Shown here: piece by piece, positions 11,192 to 24,570 of the stretch
Numbering within the stretch: the first letter of the stretch is position 1
Layout: each line of letters opens with the position of its first letter
Assembly (NCBI GenBank): GCA_002633005.1
Contig: NMRA01000253.1
Span: 259,251-323,250, forward strand
Source: Phoronis australis
Taxonomy: Eukaryota > Animalia > Phoronida
Reading direction: 5' to 3'
Length of the DNA: 64,000 nucleotides
Notes under the pieces: generated by a model
Databases searched by the model: none
What the model was told of the DNA's origin: nothing
Seen by the model: the letters and a program-made list of their open reading frames with translations, nothing else
Program-made: the position numbers and the translations under genes

Positions 11192-13956
11192 CAATGGGCT
11201 ATTCGGAGAATTCTCGCGGTGTCTGTACTAGTGGTGAAGTTGAAATCGAATGCGCTTGCGAATTGTCATTTTCCTGTTGACCTACAGAAATGTGCAGCGC
11301 TCAAAATGAAATATCCCCTTCGTTTGCATTTGGTTTGTTTGTGCGTGTAATTATTTTTAGAGCTTTCTTAAGAAGGTCTTTGTACAATTTTAAGTTTTGG
11401 GTGAACTTGTCTACAACAAAAGTTCCACATGCAAGAAAATTATGTTTTCAATTGTAGCTGCATGTAGCTGGATAAGAATCTGCTTTGCACAAGATTCGAG
11501 AATAAACAATTATCAGGGTATTTAAAAACAAAATGGCAAACTGAACAACACATACATACAAAGAAACAACATTGTTAAAATCAATTCTAATTTTCCCAAT
11601 GCAACGGAGTCCATTATCACGCATATCAAGGGCTAATTTTCTGAATGCTTTTCACTTTGTCCGAAGGTAAAATAGACAGTCAGGCGACTAGTTTCAGTCG
11701 TACTCTCACCTGTAACAGCATAGCCGGAGAAATATTAGCAAATTGTAAAAGAAAACACAAGACAAAACTACTTTTGTAAGGCAGAACATACGTGTACTTG
11801 ACGTTTCATCTACATGTTTATACGTAGAAACTCTTAGTAATAATCTTTGTACCCAAGCTTTATTTGAATTAAAATATATGAAACAGGCTAAAAGTGAGTT
11901 AACAATGTTTATTTTTCATGACACCTAAAATGTGCTTCTGATCTCAACAAGTAAAATTCATTCTAGGTGTCAATTTTTATTCCAATGCAATGTTACGACA
12001 TTTATTGAATAACTTTTTCATGTTAATTCGGTAACTAATCTAGTAGTCCTGGGTGTGGGGTCCGCTATAAAATAAGGAAACCCACTCACCTAGAGAATTT
12101 TATTGGACATACATGTAGCATTGTTTTGAAGAGAAACTGCTGTGAAAAAGCCATCCTTGACTTCTGAGCATCACGTACCATACTCCTCTTATATTGGGCG
12201 CACTCCCACCCAGGACAATATGTGAATATATTCTACTGGCCTACCCGGGACTTGGATACCGGAAAAGCAACATTTAGTTCCACTCAATAAAGCCGTTATT
12301 CAGTGGGGTAACTGGTGGGGATAACATCATTTAAAAATGATGGATAATCTTTCTGTTGTTTAAGAGTAGTTACAAATCGTACGGCACCATCGAAAATACA
12401 TTTTTTAAAAAAATGGCAGTCGTTTGAATTTATAAACGACTTGCAACATTTCAAGGCATGAGTTAAGACTATTCAGTCACTGAGAATTCAGAAAATCTAA
12501 TATATTTTTATGCGTTTACAATTAATAGCAAAACAGGAAGGAACTTCATGAAGGTTAAGAATTACATGTACCTCACCATGTTCTTTCCCCCAGACACTAT
12601 TACCTGTTATTTCCACACATTCAGCTCCACCAAATTTTACAACCCCAACCCCCTATGCCAATCCCCCGCTAAGGACCTGAATAAGTAAATTAAGAAAACA
12701 ACTTACATATATTTCTTTAAAAAGAGCTGTTTCTTTTCAAACGCTTTGTTCGTTGTCTCTGATATAGAAAGTAGGCTTTGACAACAGATCTGCACTGGAT
12801 GAGAAGATCTTGATGTTTAGCTGCAGTCAAATGCTTAAAACCAATTTTTGTACATTCAGGGACGGTGCAGAAGCGATGAATATCTCCTCTGCACTGTACA
12901 AGCCCTAAAACCTAAAAACCAAAGGTCACGTGGAAACAGACATGATAGATTTCCATTTCAACTTGTAACAGATTTCCGGATGACATAGGATAGGGATTAA
13001 ACAAATAGTCTAATGGATATTTGTCACGTGCCCTTTGCCATTGGGCTTGGACTGTAATCTCAAAGTTTATCTTGATCGGTAATACCTGTAAATTTGGCTC
13101 CTACAGTATGTTAAAAGCATCATTCTGAGTCCACTAGTGCCATAAATTGCCAAATGTAACGTACTGTTAGGCGTATTGGCTTGCTCTTGTCCACGTCACC
13201 ATGAGAATCACCTTTTAATTCAAACACTGAGCTGCGAATAACACCCTCACGCAGTGGTGTTCTATTCAGACCCCTATTCAAGACAACTGTTACCGGCCTT
13301 TTGTTGTTTGTGCTAGGATCTCGCGGTAACGCAAAATGTCACGAAAAGGCAGCTTCACTTATGGTTTGACGGGCTTACATCTGCGCGATTGAACTCGCGT
13401 TTTCTATTTTTCCCAAGACTTTGCTAGGACTATCTGGTTAACCCAATACAAATAAAATAACAAAATTCCGTTGAAGTTAGGCTTTAACTCACTAACCAGT
13501 ATCGAGTTGACAGCATAAACACTTAGCATTGATTGATGTAACTGTCACTGATAAACCTTTTAGAAATCACTCCAAACAACAATAATACTGCTTGATGTAC
13601 GAAAATTAAGATCCCGAGTACTACGTCAAATATCGTAACACACGTCACAACAAACAAAGATTAACCCGACTGGGGACTGTCGCGAAGTCGACATTGGCGT
13701 GTACCTCAGTAAACAGGCATCAGTAGAATAAACATGGATTAATCGTTAAAATATCAAAACCCTTACCTTTGTATACGGTCGTGCTTATTCTATTACATAA
13801 AATCCCTCTTTTCACGCACTCCCAAATTCAGTTGGCCCGGCTGCAAGCCCTTTCACCATGTATTTAAAGGGCACGTGAAATCGAGGCTGCTTAATCTATC
13901 ACCACTAGTACACGCGCGCCCTCTAGTTAGTGTAAATTTTCCGAATAGCTCCATTG
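11192..13956. mobile_element. Non-autonomous TIR element (~2.8 kb) flanked by TA
   Basis: TA|CAATGGGCTATTCGGAGAATT...GTACTAGTGGTGA at the left matches TCACCACTAGTAC...AATTTTCCGAATAGCTCCATTG|TA at the right. No coding remnant seen and superfamily uncertain. Confidence 0.6.
12046..12216. mobile_element. Small MITE-like inverted-repeat element
   Basis: GTCCTGGGTG..TATAAAATAAGGA vs TCCTCTTATA..CACCCAGGAC. Confidence 0.4.
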
Positions 13957-15115
13957 TAACAGTGTAAATAGCGCTCAACACATACAATCAGGTCTCAATC
14001 GTAACATCTGGAACAGGTCTGTTAATTATATGACAGTTCTGTCTCAGTTTTCAAATATATTTCAAATATTCAATATTCAATATATTCAATATGTTCTCAA
14101 ATATTCAATCGTCTACAACTCAGGCGCCGATTCCTCGGTAAATTTAATATCAAATATTGTTGTTTTTTATCTATTTTCGGAAGACATTACAAGTTTAACG
14201 CAAAGCTACCTTTGTTTTCATCTTTGTTATTTCGTTTCAAATAATAAATCGTTACCGTCATTACGGCGTTTTCCCGTTGCTCCCAACTTGCTCGATTATA
14301 TAGCTCAACAACAAGTTGGTAGTCTTCCATCTAACAGGTATATGCAACTCAGTAATAGGTTTCTTTTCTGTGATTAGTCATCATTGTATAGTAGTTACAG
14401 TGTGGGTCGACTACAACAATAATGAGTTGCAGTGTCTGAGAGAAAACGAATCACATTCACGCATGAATGAAGTGGTCAGTTTGCCAATGATATTTACAGA
14501 ATGCAGTTGGGTACAGGTATAAATAATCAAGCAATCCAGAATCCGAGACACCTGGCGCGCTAACGAGTAAAGCCGAACGCGCTGAAAATGACCAGCTTGG
14601 TAGGCCACATACGGAATGCCATGAGATCACACAAAATCACACAAGCGAAAAGATTGCAAGTGCCTGTATAAGGGTGTCCTCATGGCGGCCACGGAAATGA
14701 TGGGATGGAATTCCTCGTTTTCGTTTCAATAATGACGATCTGTGGGTGCCATTGCAGTAGAGTCGTTTTATGTCGTTCTATTGACACATACATGTACATG
14801 TACCAGACTGATTGATGTCGCTGCTACGAATAGCTTTACATCTTATTCGGAGTTAACTTTACCAACCACGTAGACAAATTTGCCTTTAGCAAAGTTAGTC
14901 TACTATTTCAGAACTTTATATTTGAACAATTTCCATATTTTAATGGGATAATGCAAAGCAAGAGGGGTACTAACATTCATTTCGTTTGATTGTTCGCAAT
15001 TTAAATAATTCCTCAAGCAATCGTTTTATCGGTGATCGATTTCTGTGCCGAGCCTGCTCATCATACGTCCATCAATAGCGACTATTACTTCACTTAGCAG
15101 TATTCAAGAAACATC

Positions 15116-15452
15116 ATGTACCTACAACTGCAAATCATCGTAATCAATTTTTTGGGCATTGGATTAATGTGCGAAGGATTAGGAGCAATGTTCAACGCCG
15201 TACATGTACGTCCGAGAGATGGAAACAGACTAAATAACGCATCTCGTATAGGTAAAGTTTTAAAGAGCTGGAAGCGCACGCATTGCGTACATTTATGTTT
15301 CTTGGAGTACCGTGCCACGGGGCGTTGTTTGTCGGTGAATTTTCACCAGAGTACTAAAATTTGTGAACTGAACGACCTGCACGTGCGTGATGATGAGACA
15401 AACATCGTTTTACAGAACAATTCCTCGTGGACGTGGATAAGTATGAATTTCG
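15116..15452 (+). CDS. Exon 1 of secreted PAN-FN3-fibrinogen-like (Caspr-type) protein: signal peptide and PAN/Apple domain
   Basis: Hydrophobic N-terminus MYLQLQIIVINFLGIGLMCEG; PAN pattern CVHLC..CLSVNF..CELN; donor G|gtgagg, phase 1. Confidence 0.85.
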
Positions 15453-15821
15453 GTGAGGAAAGCTTATTTAATTAAACATATTCTCCCAGATTGCTGTGAT
15501 TTAATCATGCCATTTTTAATTATACCGCAAACTATGATTTTCAGCACTTGCTCCGTTATGTTTGGCATGATAACACAATTTCTTCGTTGCACGACGGGAA
15601 ATTTGTCGCTTCAGTTTAACTTAACAGTTGTTGGTTATTCTCGGTAAATTCTCAAGTTTAACCGTTTCACTCGTCAAATTCGGGTGCAGCATCTTTAAAG
15701 AGGCATTAATAATGTAAGCTTCGAAAGATTTCAGGTTGACCACTACAGTAGTCTTCGCAGATACACGAATATGTAACTTTAAAAATAGTGAGACATAGAT
15801 AATTTAACTTCGTCTTCTCAG

Positions 15822-15960
15822 GACCGCCGTCATCACCAACGTTAAATGTGAGTGGAATCAATGCATACAACGTAACACTAACCTGGAATGCGCAATGGAA
15901 TGGTGGATTCATGCAGACGTTTAAAATAGAGTACAAGGTGTCGTATGCGTCTGTTTTCAG
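15822..15960 (+). CDS. Exon 2: first half of FN3 domain
   Basis: cttctcAG|; GPPSSPTLNVSGINAYNVTLTWNAQWNGGFMQTFKIEYK; donor AG|gtaaaa, phase 2. Confidence 0.85.
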
Positions 15961-17657
15961 GTAAAATTTTCGCTATTCTTCTAAGTTGACTAAATAAATT
16001 GATAAAGGATGATGTCCAAGACTAAAAAAATGCGCATTTCGTCTGCCATTCATAAGTTTGTTACACGTACATGTAGACGGTGGTCGTGCGCAGGGAACTT
16101 CCCTGTGTTTCTCGAGACAAGCGTGCTTGCCGGTACAGATACGCAGCATCTTGCCTGGCTTTATATGCACAGCTCTGATTTGTTGCATATGAGACCCGAT
16201 CTGCAGTGAAGTACACTGACGTGTGACTACCGAGAGCAGGTGTTCGCTTACAACAGGTGCAAAAAACTAAGGTGTAGCCAACTTACTCGATGTCACAAAA
16301 CACTCAAGAATCTACACTGTCGGCCGAAACCGTCATCCGTGACACCTACATGTACATACGTATTAAGCCAAATAAAGTCTGGCGGCCTACTGATATGGGC
16401 TAGCCCTGGACGTCACAAGTTTCCACCAGTTGTCAAACATAATGACTTCACCCTGTTATTCAGACCTCTCTCGCCAAAATGTTTTTACAAGCCCGGAAGC
16501 AGCGCGCCAAAAAGTTCAGTCTCATGTGGCTATGAGACTTTCCTGTTATTTAGCCTGCGGGCCCTATGCTGTGGCGTCTAAGTTACTCTAATCAATGAGT
16601 TAAGTAGGGGAAAGTTACTGGTTTCGTACCACTTAAGGATGTGCCTCTCTGTACGTCAAGGTGAACTAGCCACGGAATCAGAAGCTATTTCGTAGCCCTT
16701 AGTGTCTTCTTTTATACGGGCTGCTGGTTAGTATTCGTGACTGAGTCGCCAAATGACGCGATCGACTCATTGTATTTTAATGCATTTGGTAGTGGAGAAA
16801 CGTCGAACACTCATTTATTTTGTTGAGGAGCATCTGCGCTCTTTAAAGCTTCGTGTCGGGATTTTTCGCAAGCCCACCCAATGGGCGTTGATTTGGTGTT
16901 ACAACTTCTGGTATCAAGTGTTCAGATGAGGGGGTTTATTCAAAGGATTTTTTCTTAAAAGTACCCTCAGCGGCAACTTTTTGCCTGAATTTCAGTTTTG
17001 CGAAACATTTATCATTTACAAAAACAAACAAAAGGTTCGCAAACAATGCATTTATTAACATAACATTTAAAAACACAATTTTAAGTAAAAAATGTCAAAG
17101 TCAGCAAAGCCACGACTTTCCGTTTACAAGCCCCCTTTGCCAAATAAACGCCCAGGCATTTATTTGGTGTTACGCAAACACCAGATTTCTTCATTTGCGA
17201 ATATACGCCTATGGGATTATCTACGGAAAGTGGCCAGCATCACCGTTTCTGGTAAACTGAGGTCTGGATGTCATAAAGCTGCAGCACCAGGTTTTACTGG
17301 ATGTCATGGAATTTTGCCAATTGATATGCAAGTTTCATAAGATCTTTTGGTGTGATACCAAATGAAATATTGTCAAGTCCTTCTATACATTTCACCAAAT
17401 TATCTCTTACTTCTATTCACCTCTTTCACGAACGCGGGGCGCTGCTGTCGTGTTGATCGAAAACGAGGCGCCTTGACAAACATAGATGGCATCGTCCTGC
17501 AAGGTGTTGTGGTCAAAAGACTTATCAACGTTACCAAAAATCAAGTTGTCTGATGTTGAATCGATCTCCAAAACATACCAATACTTACGGCAACTAGACT
17601 TTTACCCTCCTCAGCCATTCCTTAGTAGTTTTCCCTCTTTTGAAAAAGTGTGGAAGT

Positions 17658-19297
17658 CAGGGATATACCCAGGCTTTTAGTCTTGCAAAACCCTGCTCGC
17701 CAGCTGGGCGAGTGCCGGAGCCAGAAAATCTACTCGCCAAGCCCGAAGTTCGGTCATACGGCTGTTGGCGCCAGTCACCACAAACTTGCTGCTAATTTAA
17801 ATAAAAATCATTGTTTCGTGCACTGATGTCACCATCTATTAGGGCTACAGTATTCGCTCTAATAAGCGCCCAGGGGGACTCTTTTTGTAGCTTACGGCAG
17901 TTAAAACCTGGTCTCCGAAACGGGTGAAATCGGAAGCTAGGATTCATCAAATTTACGCGCTGTGACGTATGTGTAACCTATGACAGACTAGCAACAAAAC
18001 TGTGGTGCATTGCTATCAAACTCTGTTGTTAAATTACGATCTTTTTTAAAAAATGTGCTGAAATCCCAGGGCGAAAACTTGCCGACTGATGCGTCGCTGC
18101 TTCGCGATCGTCGATAGGACAACATGAATTCTTGAGTATAAATAGTTTCGACTCAAATTACCTGAAATCCTCCCAAATAGCCTTTCGTGACGTTTGTATT
18201 GAAGTCACGGTGAATCAGCTGGTGTGCACCGACTGAGCGAGCGCGTGCGTGTCATCAGTGTTCATTTGCCAGAGTAGCAGGCCCAATGAGCTGTATAATG
18301 TAGTATATTTATCTAATTGAGCAGGCCCACATGTTATATGTGGGCCCTAGCGCGTGCTTCTTGGCCAAGTTTCGATTCGCGGTTTTTATAATTTTTCGTG
18401 TACAAAATAATCTGGATTCCTGTTGTGGGAGAAGATCTGTACGGGAAAGATGCAATACCAATCCCGTTGACCTGAGTACTCTGCGTCTGTTCTGATCAGG
18501 GCCGAACCATGTAGTGTGACACTTTCCTCGCAAGATCAGCAAATCTTTTGCGTTCTTTTTGAAGCACTGCGGAATGGTTTGAAGTGTACAGCCACGGCTA
18601 AATACCGACATAGCGGCGAGGCTCTACTAGAAATTACGCGCACCATGATTTTTCAGAACTCATTGTCGGATATTATTGATAAATCATTGAATACATTTCA
18701 GTACTGTAGAATTTTAGAACTGTAAAGACATTTTGCGCACTGACATATACACATTCATGGACTGGGCACTTATTTTAGCGAAGTCTGAAAACGAGTGGGG
18801 ACGCTTATAGGGGCATGGGCGCTTATTAGGACGAATGTTATAAAAATAATTTTGGCTACAATGACATTGTATATTACAATAAGAAATCAGTTCCAAGAAA
18901 TATGGTATTTTATTTGCTATGAGCACTAGGACCGGTCTTCCACCTTTCTCCCCTTTTCTTCGTTTCGGACTAGTCCACAAATTCTTTGTGCACGACCACG
19001 CACTGTGTTTTTTGACGAATCGCGTAACCGGTGACATGTACTGAATCGGTAGGGTCGCACTGCGCCGATGTTTTTTACTGCCGGAGCATCGACACGATGA
19101 CCAAACTGAACCTTAAATTCATGATAAAAACAGCACAAGGAGGAGGAAAATTATTCATAATCATCTGGGAAACGATATATAGTGCTTTTGAGCTCTGAAA
19201 TTCGCTCGCCACTGGGCGACCGGCAAGTCAACTTCTACTTGCCCAGCACCATTTTTACTCGCATTGGCGACTGGGCGAGTGGCTAAGTATATCCCTG
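17658..19297. mobile_element. hAT-like non-autonomous element
   Basis: TIR CAGGGATATAC / GTATATCCCTG with repeated CTCGCC/GGCGAG subterminal motifs at both ends. TSD imperfect. Confidence 0.6.
17848..18840. mobile_element. Tc1/pogo-like MITE nested in the hAT-like element
   Basis: TA|CAGTATTCGCTCTAATAAGCGCCC vs GGGCGCTTATTAGGACGAATGTTA|TA. Confidence 0.6.
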
Positions 19298-21280
19298 GGA
19301 AGGATACCGGCAAGATATTACTGGAATTGGTACGTTCAGGCACTGCACACAGTACACCGTGCACTGTGCAGTGGGCCCATGGCCAGCTGATGATCACTCA
19401 CGAGGTTTTATCAGTGTGCCTCGTTTTCGATCAGTATTTAAAGATGGCGCGGGAAGATGGCGCTTTCGTGAAATAGGTGAATAGGCAAAACTCTTGGACC
19501 TCCGCACAACTTGGTGTAATGTCTTACATACTTATTCACACCCATGCAGTGACGGCTATAGTTGAACATTTTTACAAATTTTGTAGGAAAAGACCGAATT
19601 ACACAATATGTAAAATTTAATAAATTCAACGATGAGTTAGAGCAACGTCGAACCCCGGACATCTACGCCAATTTTCAACACAACTAGGGTCAGTCGAGTG
19701 AGCCGTATTAGCCAAAGAAATTTAACATTGACGATTCTGTTCAAAACATCGTTTTTGCATCAGGCAGACTCATCCCTGTGGTGCATGAAAATCGCTGGGA
19801 CACTCGGGATTGTAACATTTACAAAAACGTAGAGGCCAACGATATCCGCCCCTCACAAGCCAACAAATCCGGAGTTTAATATGTGTTTCATGTAGCCAGT
19901 GGTAAGGCTAGCATACTATTGTGATAATCTCTCTCTGCTCATGCGCGTGAAAGATCGAGCTCGAATTAGACATACAAAGGGTTTTCAGACAGACCCGATT
20001 GCTTTTGTGTCCGTTAGTGCCAAATCTGTGCCATTTTGACTGTACACTTTTTAGATTTCATGATTTTTTTTGTGAATTTACACCATATAGCCCAGAGGTA
20101 CATGTATGTATCTAACCAAGGATGTTTGATTAATTTTGAGCACTGCGCTTGCCGGTCGTGACCGTAACTGTGCAATGTTCTCGTTTTACTTAACTTTTCT
20201 AAAATAGTGCAAACTACTTCAAAATTATTTTGACAAATAATTAGCGTATTAAACAAAAATTCGACGCGCGTTATCCAATGCTGATGACGTGAATAAATGC
20301 CTAAACAACCCAAATTATAACCGTGAAATCCAGGTAAAATTTTGCTATCCAAAGCTCCAAAATTAATTGGAATATACTGACTTCTATCGCGTGCTTAATA
20401 CGAATAAACTCAAATACCAAATAACAAATACAACATTGTCACACACAAATACTAGCTTACTCAATAACTAATTTCCCAATTTTACAGACGCATTCAGCAA
20501 ATAATGCAAAAACTAAAACTGTTCAGCTGGGCTATACGGAACTCTCGGGAACGTCGCACTCCCTTCTTATGGAACAGTTGAATGAGTGGAATGGCTGTTA
20601 ATTCCTCACTCAATAGACACAGAAGTAGCAAGTTTGTTTCGTCCTGTGAAAGCATGACATGGTCCTGCTGAGCAGGTTAATTTTTTTACTAAGAACCTTC
20701 CTGGATGGATGAAGATTTACATTCCATGACATTCAACAAAAATTATCAAAAAAAATCTATGACTTACTAAACAAGTATTTAGTTCCATTATAGTGGGAGA
20801 AAAGTTCTGAAACAAATGTGCATGAAGCTCTTTCCTACAATCCATCTTTTGCAGAATTTATTCAATTGAATAAAAATTCTATGAGCTTGTCAAGTCTGTC
20901 ATTGCAAATTCTAAACCAACGTATAACATACAACTGTAGCTAAATTCAGGCACATTAAAAAGTATTCTTCGAAACAATAAAAAAAAACTGTCATAATACT
21001 TTTCCAAAGAGCTGAGCATCAAACTAGAGTATTATCTTCATGTAACAAATGAAAATAAAACAAATGACTGCTCTAATAAATACCTTTCAAACATTGGTAA
21101 AATGCAGCTGTAATATACACACGCTACGTTTAATAACAACTATTTCAGTGCAAGAAAGCTAAAGACTTCACATTTTAAAAATTCCAAAAGTGAAGTGAAT
21201 AAAAAATTATTAGGTGTCAATCGTAAAAACTTAATAATTAGATGACTGATTTACATGTCTTTAAAAATCTAATCTAACTC

Positions 21281-21538
21281 ATGACCAGTTTGATTCTAAA
21301 TTCACAAACCTTTCCAGACAAACTCAAAATCTCGAAAGTTTGTCCATGTATAACCTTGCCAAGCAGAATTAGTACTTTCGTACAAAGTTTAATATTGCCG
21401 CTGAATTTTAGTGTTTGTAGAAAGTTCAGTGATATCGATTTTACAACTCCCGATGTGGTCATTTTGGCAGTGTCTGTAAATAATCACTGTTTTATGGATT
21501 TGTCAAAAGTATTTGACACCACTGATGAGAGTAGATAA
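21281..21538 (+). mobile_element. Highly degraded LINE reverse transcriptase fragment
   Basis: FPDKLKISKVCP and FMDLSKVFDT motifs. Confidence 0.6.
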
Positions 21539-22623
21539 ACTTTTTATGGTCTTTCCAAAGTCCATTATCACCGTTTTCCCAGAGAACTTGAAAACAGAAA
21601 ATATTTTTCCAATTTCTTAGCAAAATTCCTCATTTTTTGACATTATAACTGGTGTACCCCGTTGTTCCACCAATATGTTGTTTTCGAAGTATGAAAATGA
21701 CTCACAACCCCTTCGACGTAACAATAACATTTTGTTGTGCGCTCACGACAATTTTGTCTCGATTCTCTTACATTCATTTAAAGTTAGCAAACTGCTCTAA
21801 TCAAAAACAAATTAACGATGAAATAAATTTACTCTGCGCAAACAGAAACCTCCTTTATTTCAAGTACAACGTTATCCTATTCCATTTACTTTAATAACAT
21901 GAGACTTAGAGACATGCTTTCCTGATTCTGTCTTAAAATTTTCACCTAAAGTGCAATGCACATGTTTGATTGAGAGAAGTGAATTTTTATTTTGGTTATA
22001 TGAACTAAAAATAAATAATTGAGTTAGGCACAAAGTAAGAGATGTATTGGAAATTAGAGGTTTGCCATCGCCACCAGTATGTAGTATCTCTGCAGTATGC
22101 TCTGATAACCATACTGGTTAAATGTACAAACTGCTCCGCTTATAGGTTTAATAATCAAATTCCATCTATGAATTAATGAAATGCTTGACATATTTGGCTA
22201 TCGCTGTGCAATTCTATGGAAAGTGAAATAGTACTCACTTTGGTTGATGGGTAGGCACTATTGAGCGGCATAAGATACTTGGTGGAAGCCATTCAAACGC
22301 TGTACTGCAGATGTTAGATACCTTTGATAAATGTATGCTGCAGCTGGATGATATTCCAATGGGCCAAATAACTTAAATTGCATTTATAGTGACACCGCGT
22401 GTTCATAGATATAGGTAATATTATGTTACAATGCATTGTCACTGATACCCATGCATTCAACAAATTGCTTTCCTTCAGTGAATAGACTTCAAACAAGTTT
22501 TATGGTAGTTTTCCTGTTTCTGGAATTTTCATTATTGTAGCAGATAACACACTTATTAATGCTCTTATTAAATTTTCTAAAGTTGATGGCTAATTAACTA
22601 AGACAGCATTCATGTATTTCCTG

Positions 22624-23025
22624 GGCCCGGTCTCCAATCCTTTTACTCGAAATGGAACTCAAAATTAGGTTTGGCATTTTCTACTTTTGGGCGAACTCAA
22701 GATAAGTGTCTATTATTCTATGCTTGAGTACACAATAACTTACGTAGATAATTAATTGCCCTTAGTTCACAGTTTGTGAACCCAATATTAAAGCAATAAG
22801 TTCGAGTTTGAACTCGAAATTTCGAGTTTTTACTCGAGTTTGTAGTACGAATATAAGGGTATTCAAGGGCAAACTTGAACTAGAAATTCCTATGCATAAA
22901 CTACATGTATAGTGTATTCGAGCACAGTCTGATAACCAATTATCTTAAGTTCGCAAAAAAGGAGCAGAGAAATTGCCAAAAACAGTTTCGAGTTCGTTTC
23001 GAGTACAAAGATTAGAGACTGGGCC
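22624..23025 (+). mobile_element. PIF/Harbinger-like MITE (~400 bp), TSD CTG
   Basis: CTG|GGCCCGGTCTCCAATC...GATTAGAGACTGGGCC|CTG; highly similar to 57371-57769. Confidence 0.9.
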
Positions 23026-23959
23026 CTGAGTGACAAGCTCGATACAAAATTCAATTTTTATTACTTTACTTGATACCCTCTCACTGGATATTTCTCAAAA
23101 TTTTAAGTGGAGAAGAAGACTTTGAAAACATTCATGATGAAGTGAGAAGACTATAATTTTTGGGAGCTAATGCCCACTCCCACCAACATTGTGCCAATCA
23201 TCAGTTCCTGTTGTGGACAGATACCAAAATTAATGAATTATAAGTCTCAGTACTCCGAAAATTGTGGACTCCCGAGTTCTGAAGAGACCTTGAAAGACTG
23301 TACAATGCCGACATTTAAAAATTTGGTGTCACATGTGGATTTTGCTTTTCAGGCATCCAATATTTTGCTACTACAGTGTATAACTCTGTATGCGGGAAAT
23401 CCGTATTTTATCGTCAACATTTATTAAGGTTTCTGGATATAAAATACTCATTCTTTTTATCTTATCGTTAGCACTTAATAAGCTTTCTAGTTATAAAATA
23501 CTCATTTACATTTCAACATATGGGATCTGTTGCAATATGTGTTCAGAGAAGTTCATCGTGACATATGATTTAGTTCATATACTAGGCTCAGCATACAAAT
23601 GTTGTAAAAACAAAAAATCTTTAGTTAGTCAGCATTTAAGAGATTCTTCAAAATGTTTATAAAGGCTGCTACATTTCAATGATGCCACAAGGGTGCAACA
23701 AACATCTAAAGCGTTATTTGTGTTTTTCTTTATTTAATGCTGAATGATAAATTTAATTCTCGTGCAAGTATCGATTTAAAAAGTTTCGCATTGTTCAGTT
23801 GTCTATTATTTGATTTCACTCGTGTATGCCAGTGTTTTGAATGAATACGCGAACTACTTTTATCTTTTGAAGATGTTTACAACAACATATCATATATTTT
23901 GAAAGAGTTATTTTTTATAGAAAATACTTGAAACTTACATTACCTGAATAGATAGAAAT

Positions 23960-24190
23960 ATTGAATGGCATTGAACGGCTATCGAATGGCCATTGAACGG
24001 CTATTTAATTGTTATTGGATATGGGATGAAATTCGACTGATTCTGCACTGCATGGAGAATTGAATAGCTATTGAACGGCTATTGAATTCTAGTAAAATGG
24101 CTATTGAATATGCTAATGAATTGAATCAATTCATTTACATTGGAAAAAACTTCAATTGAATTTCAATTGAATCTCAACTGAACTTCAATT
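23960..24190. repeat. Degenerate short tandem repeat (ATTGAAYGGCT-like)
   Basis: Recurrent ttgaacggcta/ttgaatggc/attgaat units. Confidence 0.6.
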
Positions 24191-24526
24191 CTTGTCCAAT
24201 CTGTACTTTTCGTATTGGTCATATGGAGAAATTTTTGTTTCGTTTTCCGAACAACACACAATTATTTTCGAGCACTTGTCGACAGAAAGCTTACTTGTCT
24301 TCCAATTATTAGGTCAAAGAACAGGCCCTGTTGTATCTTAATCAAGTCAGCCTACAGTCACCAATTCCCAAAAAAGGAAAGACAGCAATTTGTCATGGAA
24401 AGAGTTGAGGCATCTCACGTCATTGTTCGGATGTTCTTCATCTCTCTGCCATTTCACACAAACATTTCACCTGAGGGTAGTCTAATATGTGCATACAGAA
24501 TGAAGATATTTCCATAATACACCGCA

Positions 24527-24570
24527 CATACATACATACATACATACATACATAAATACATACGTACATA
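24527..24570. repeat. (TACA)n microsatellite
   Basis: Directly visible. Confidence 0.9.
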
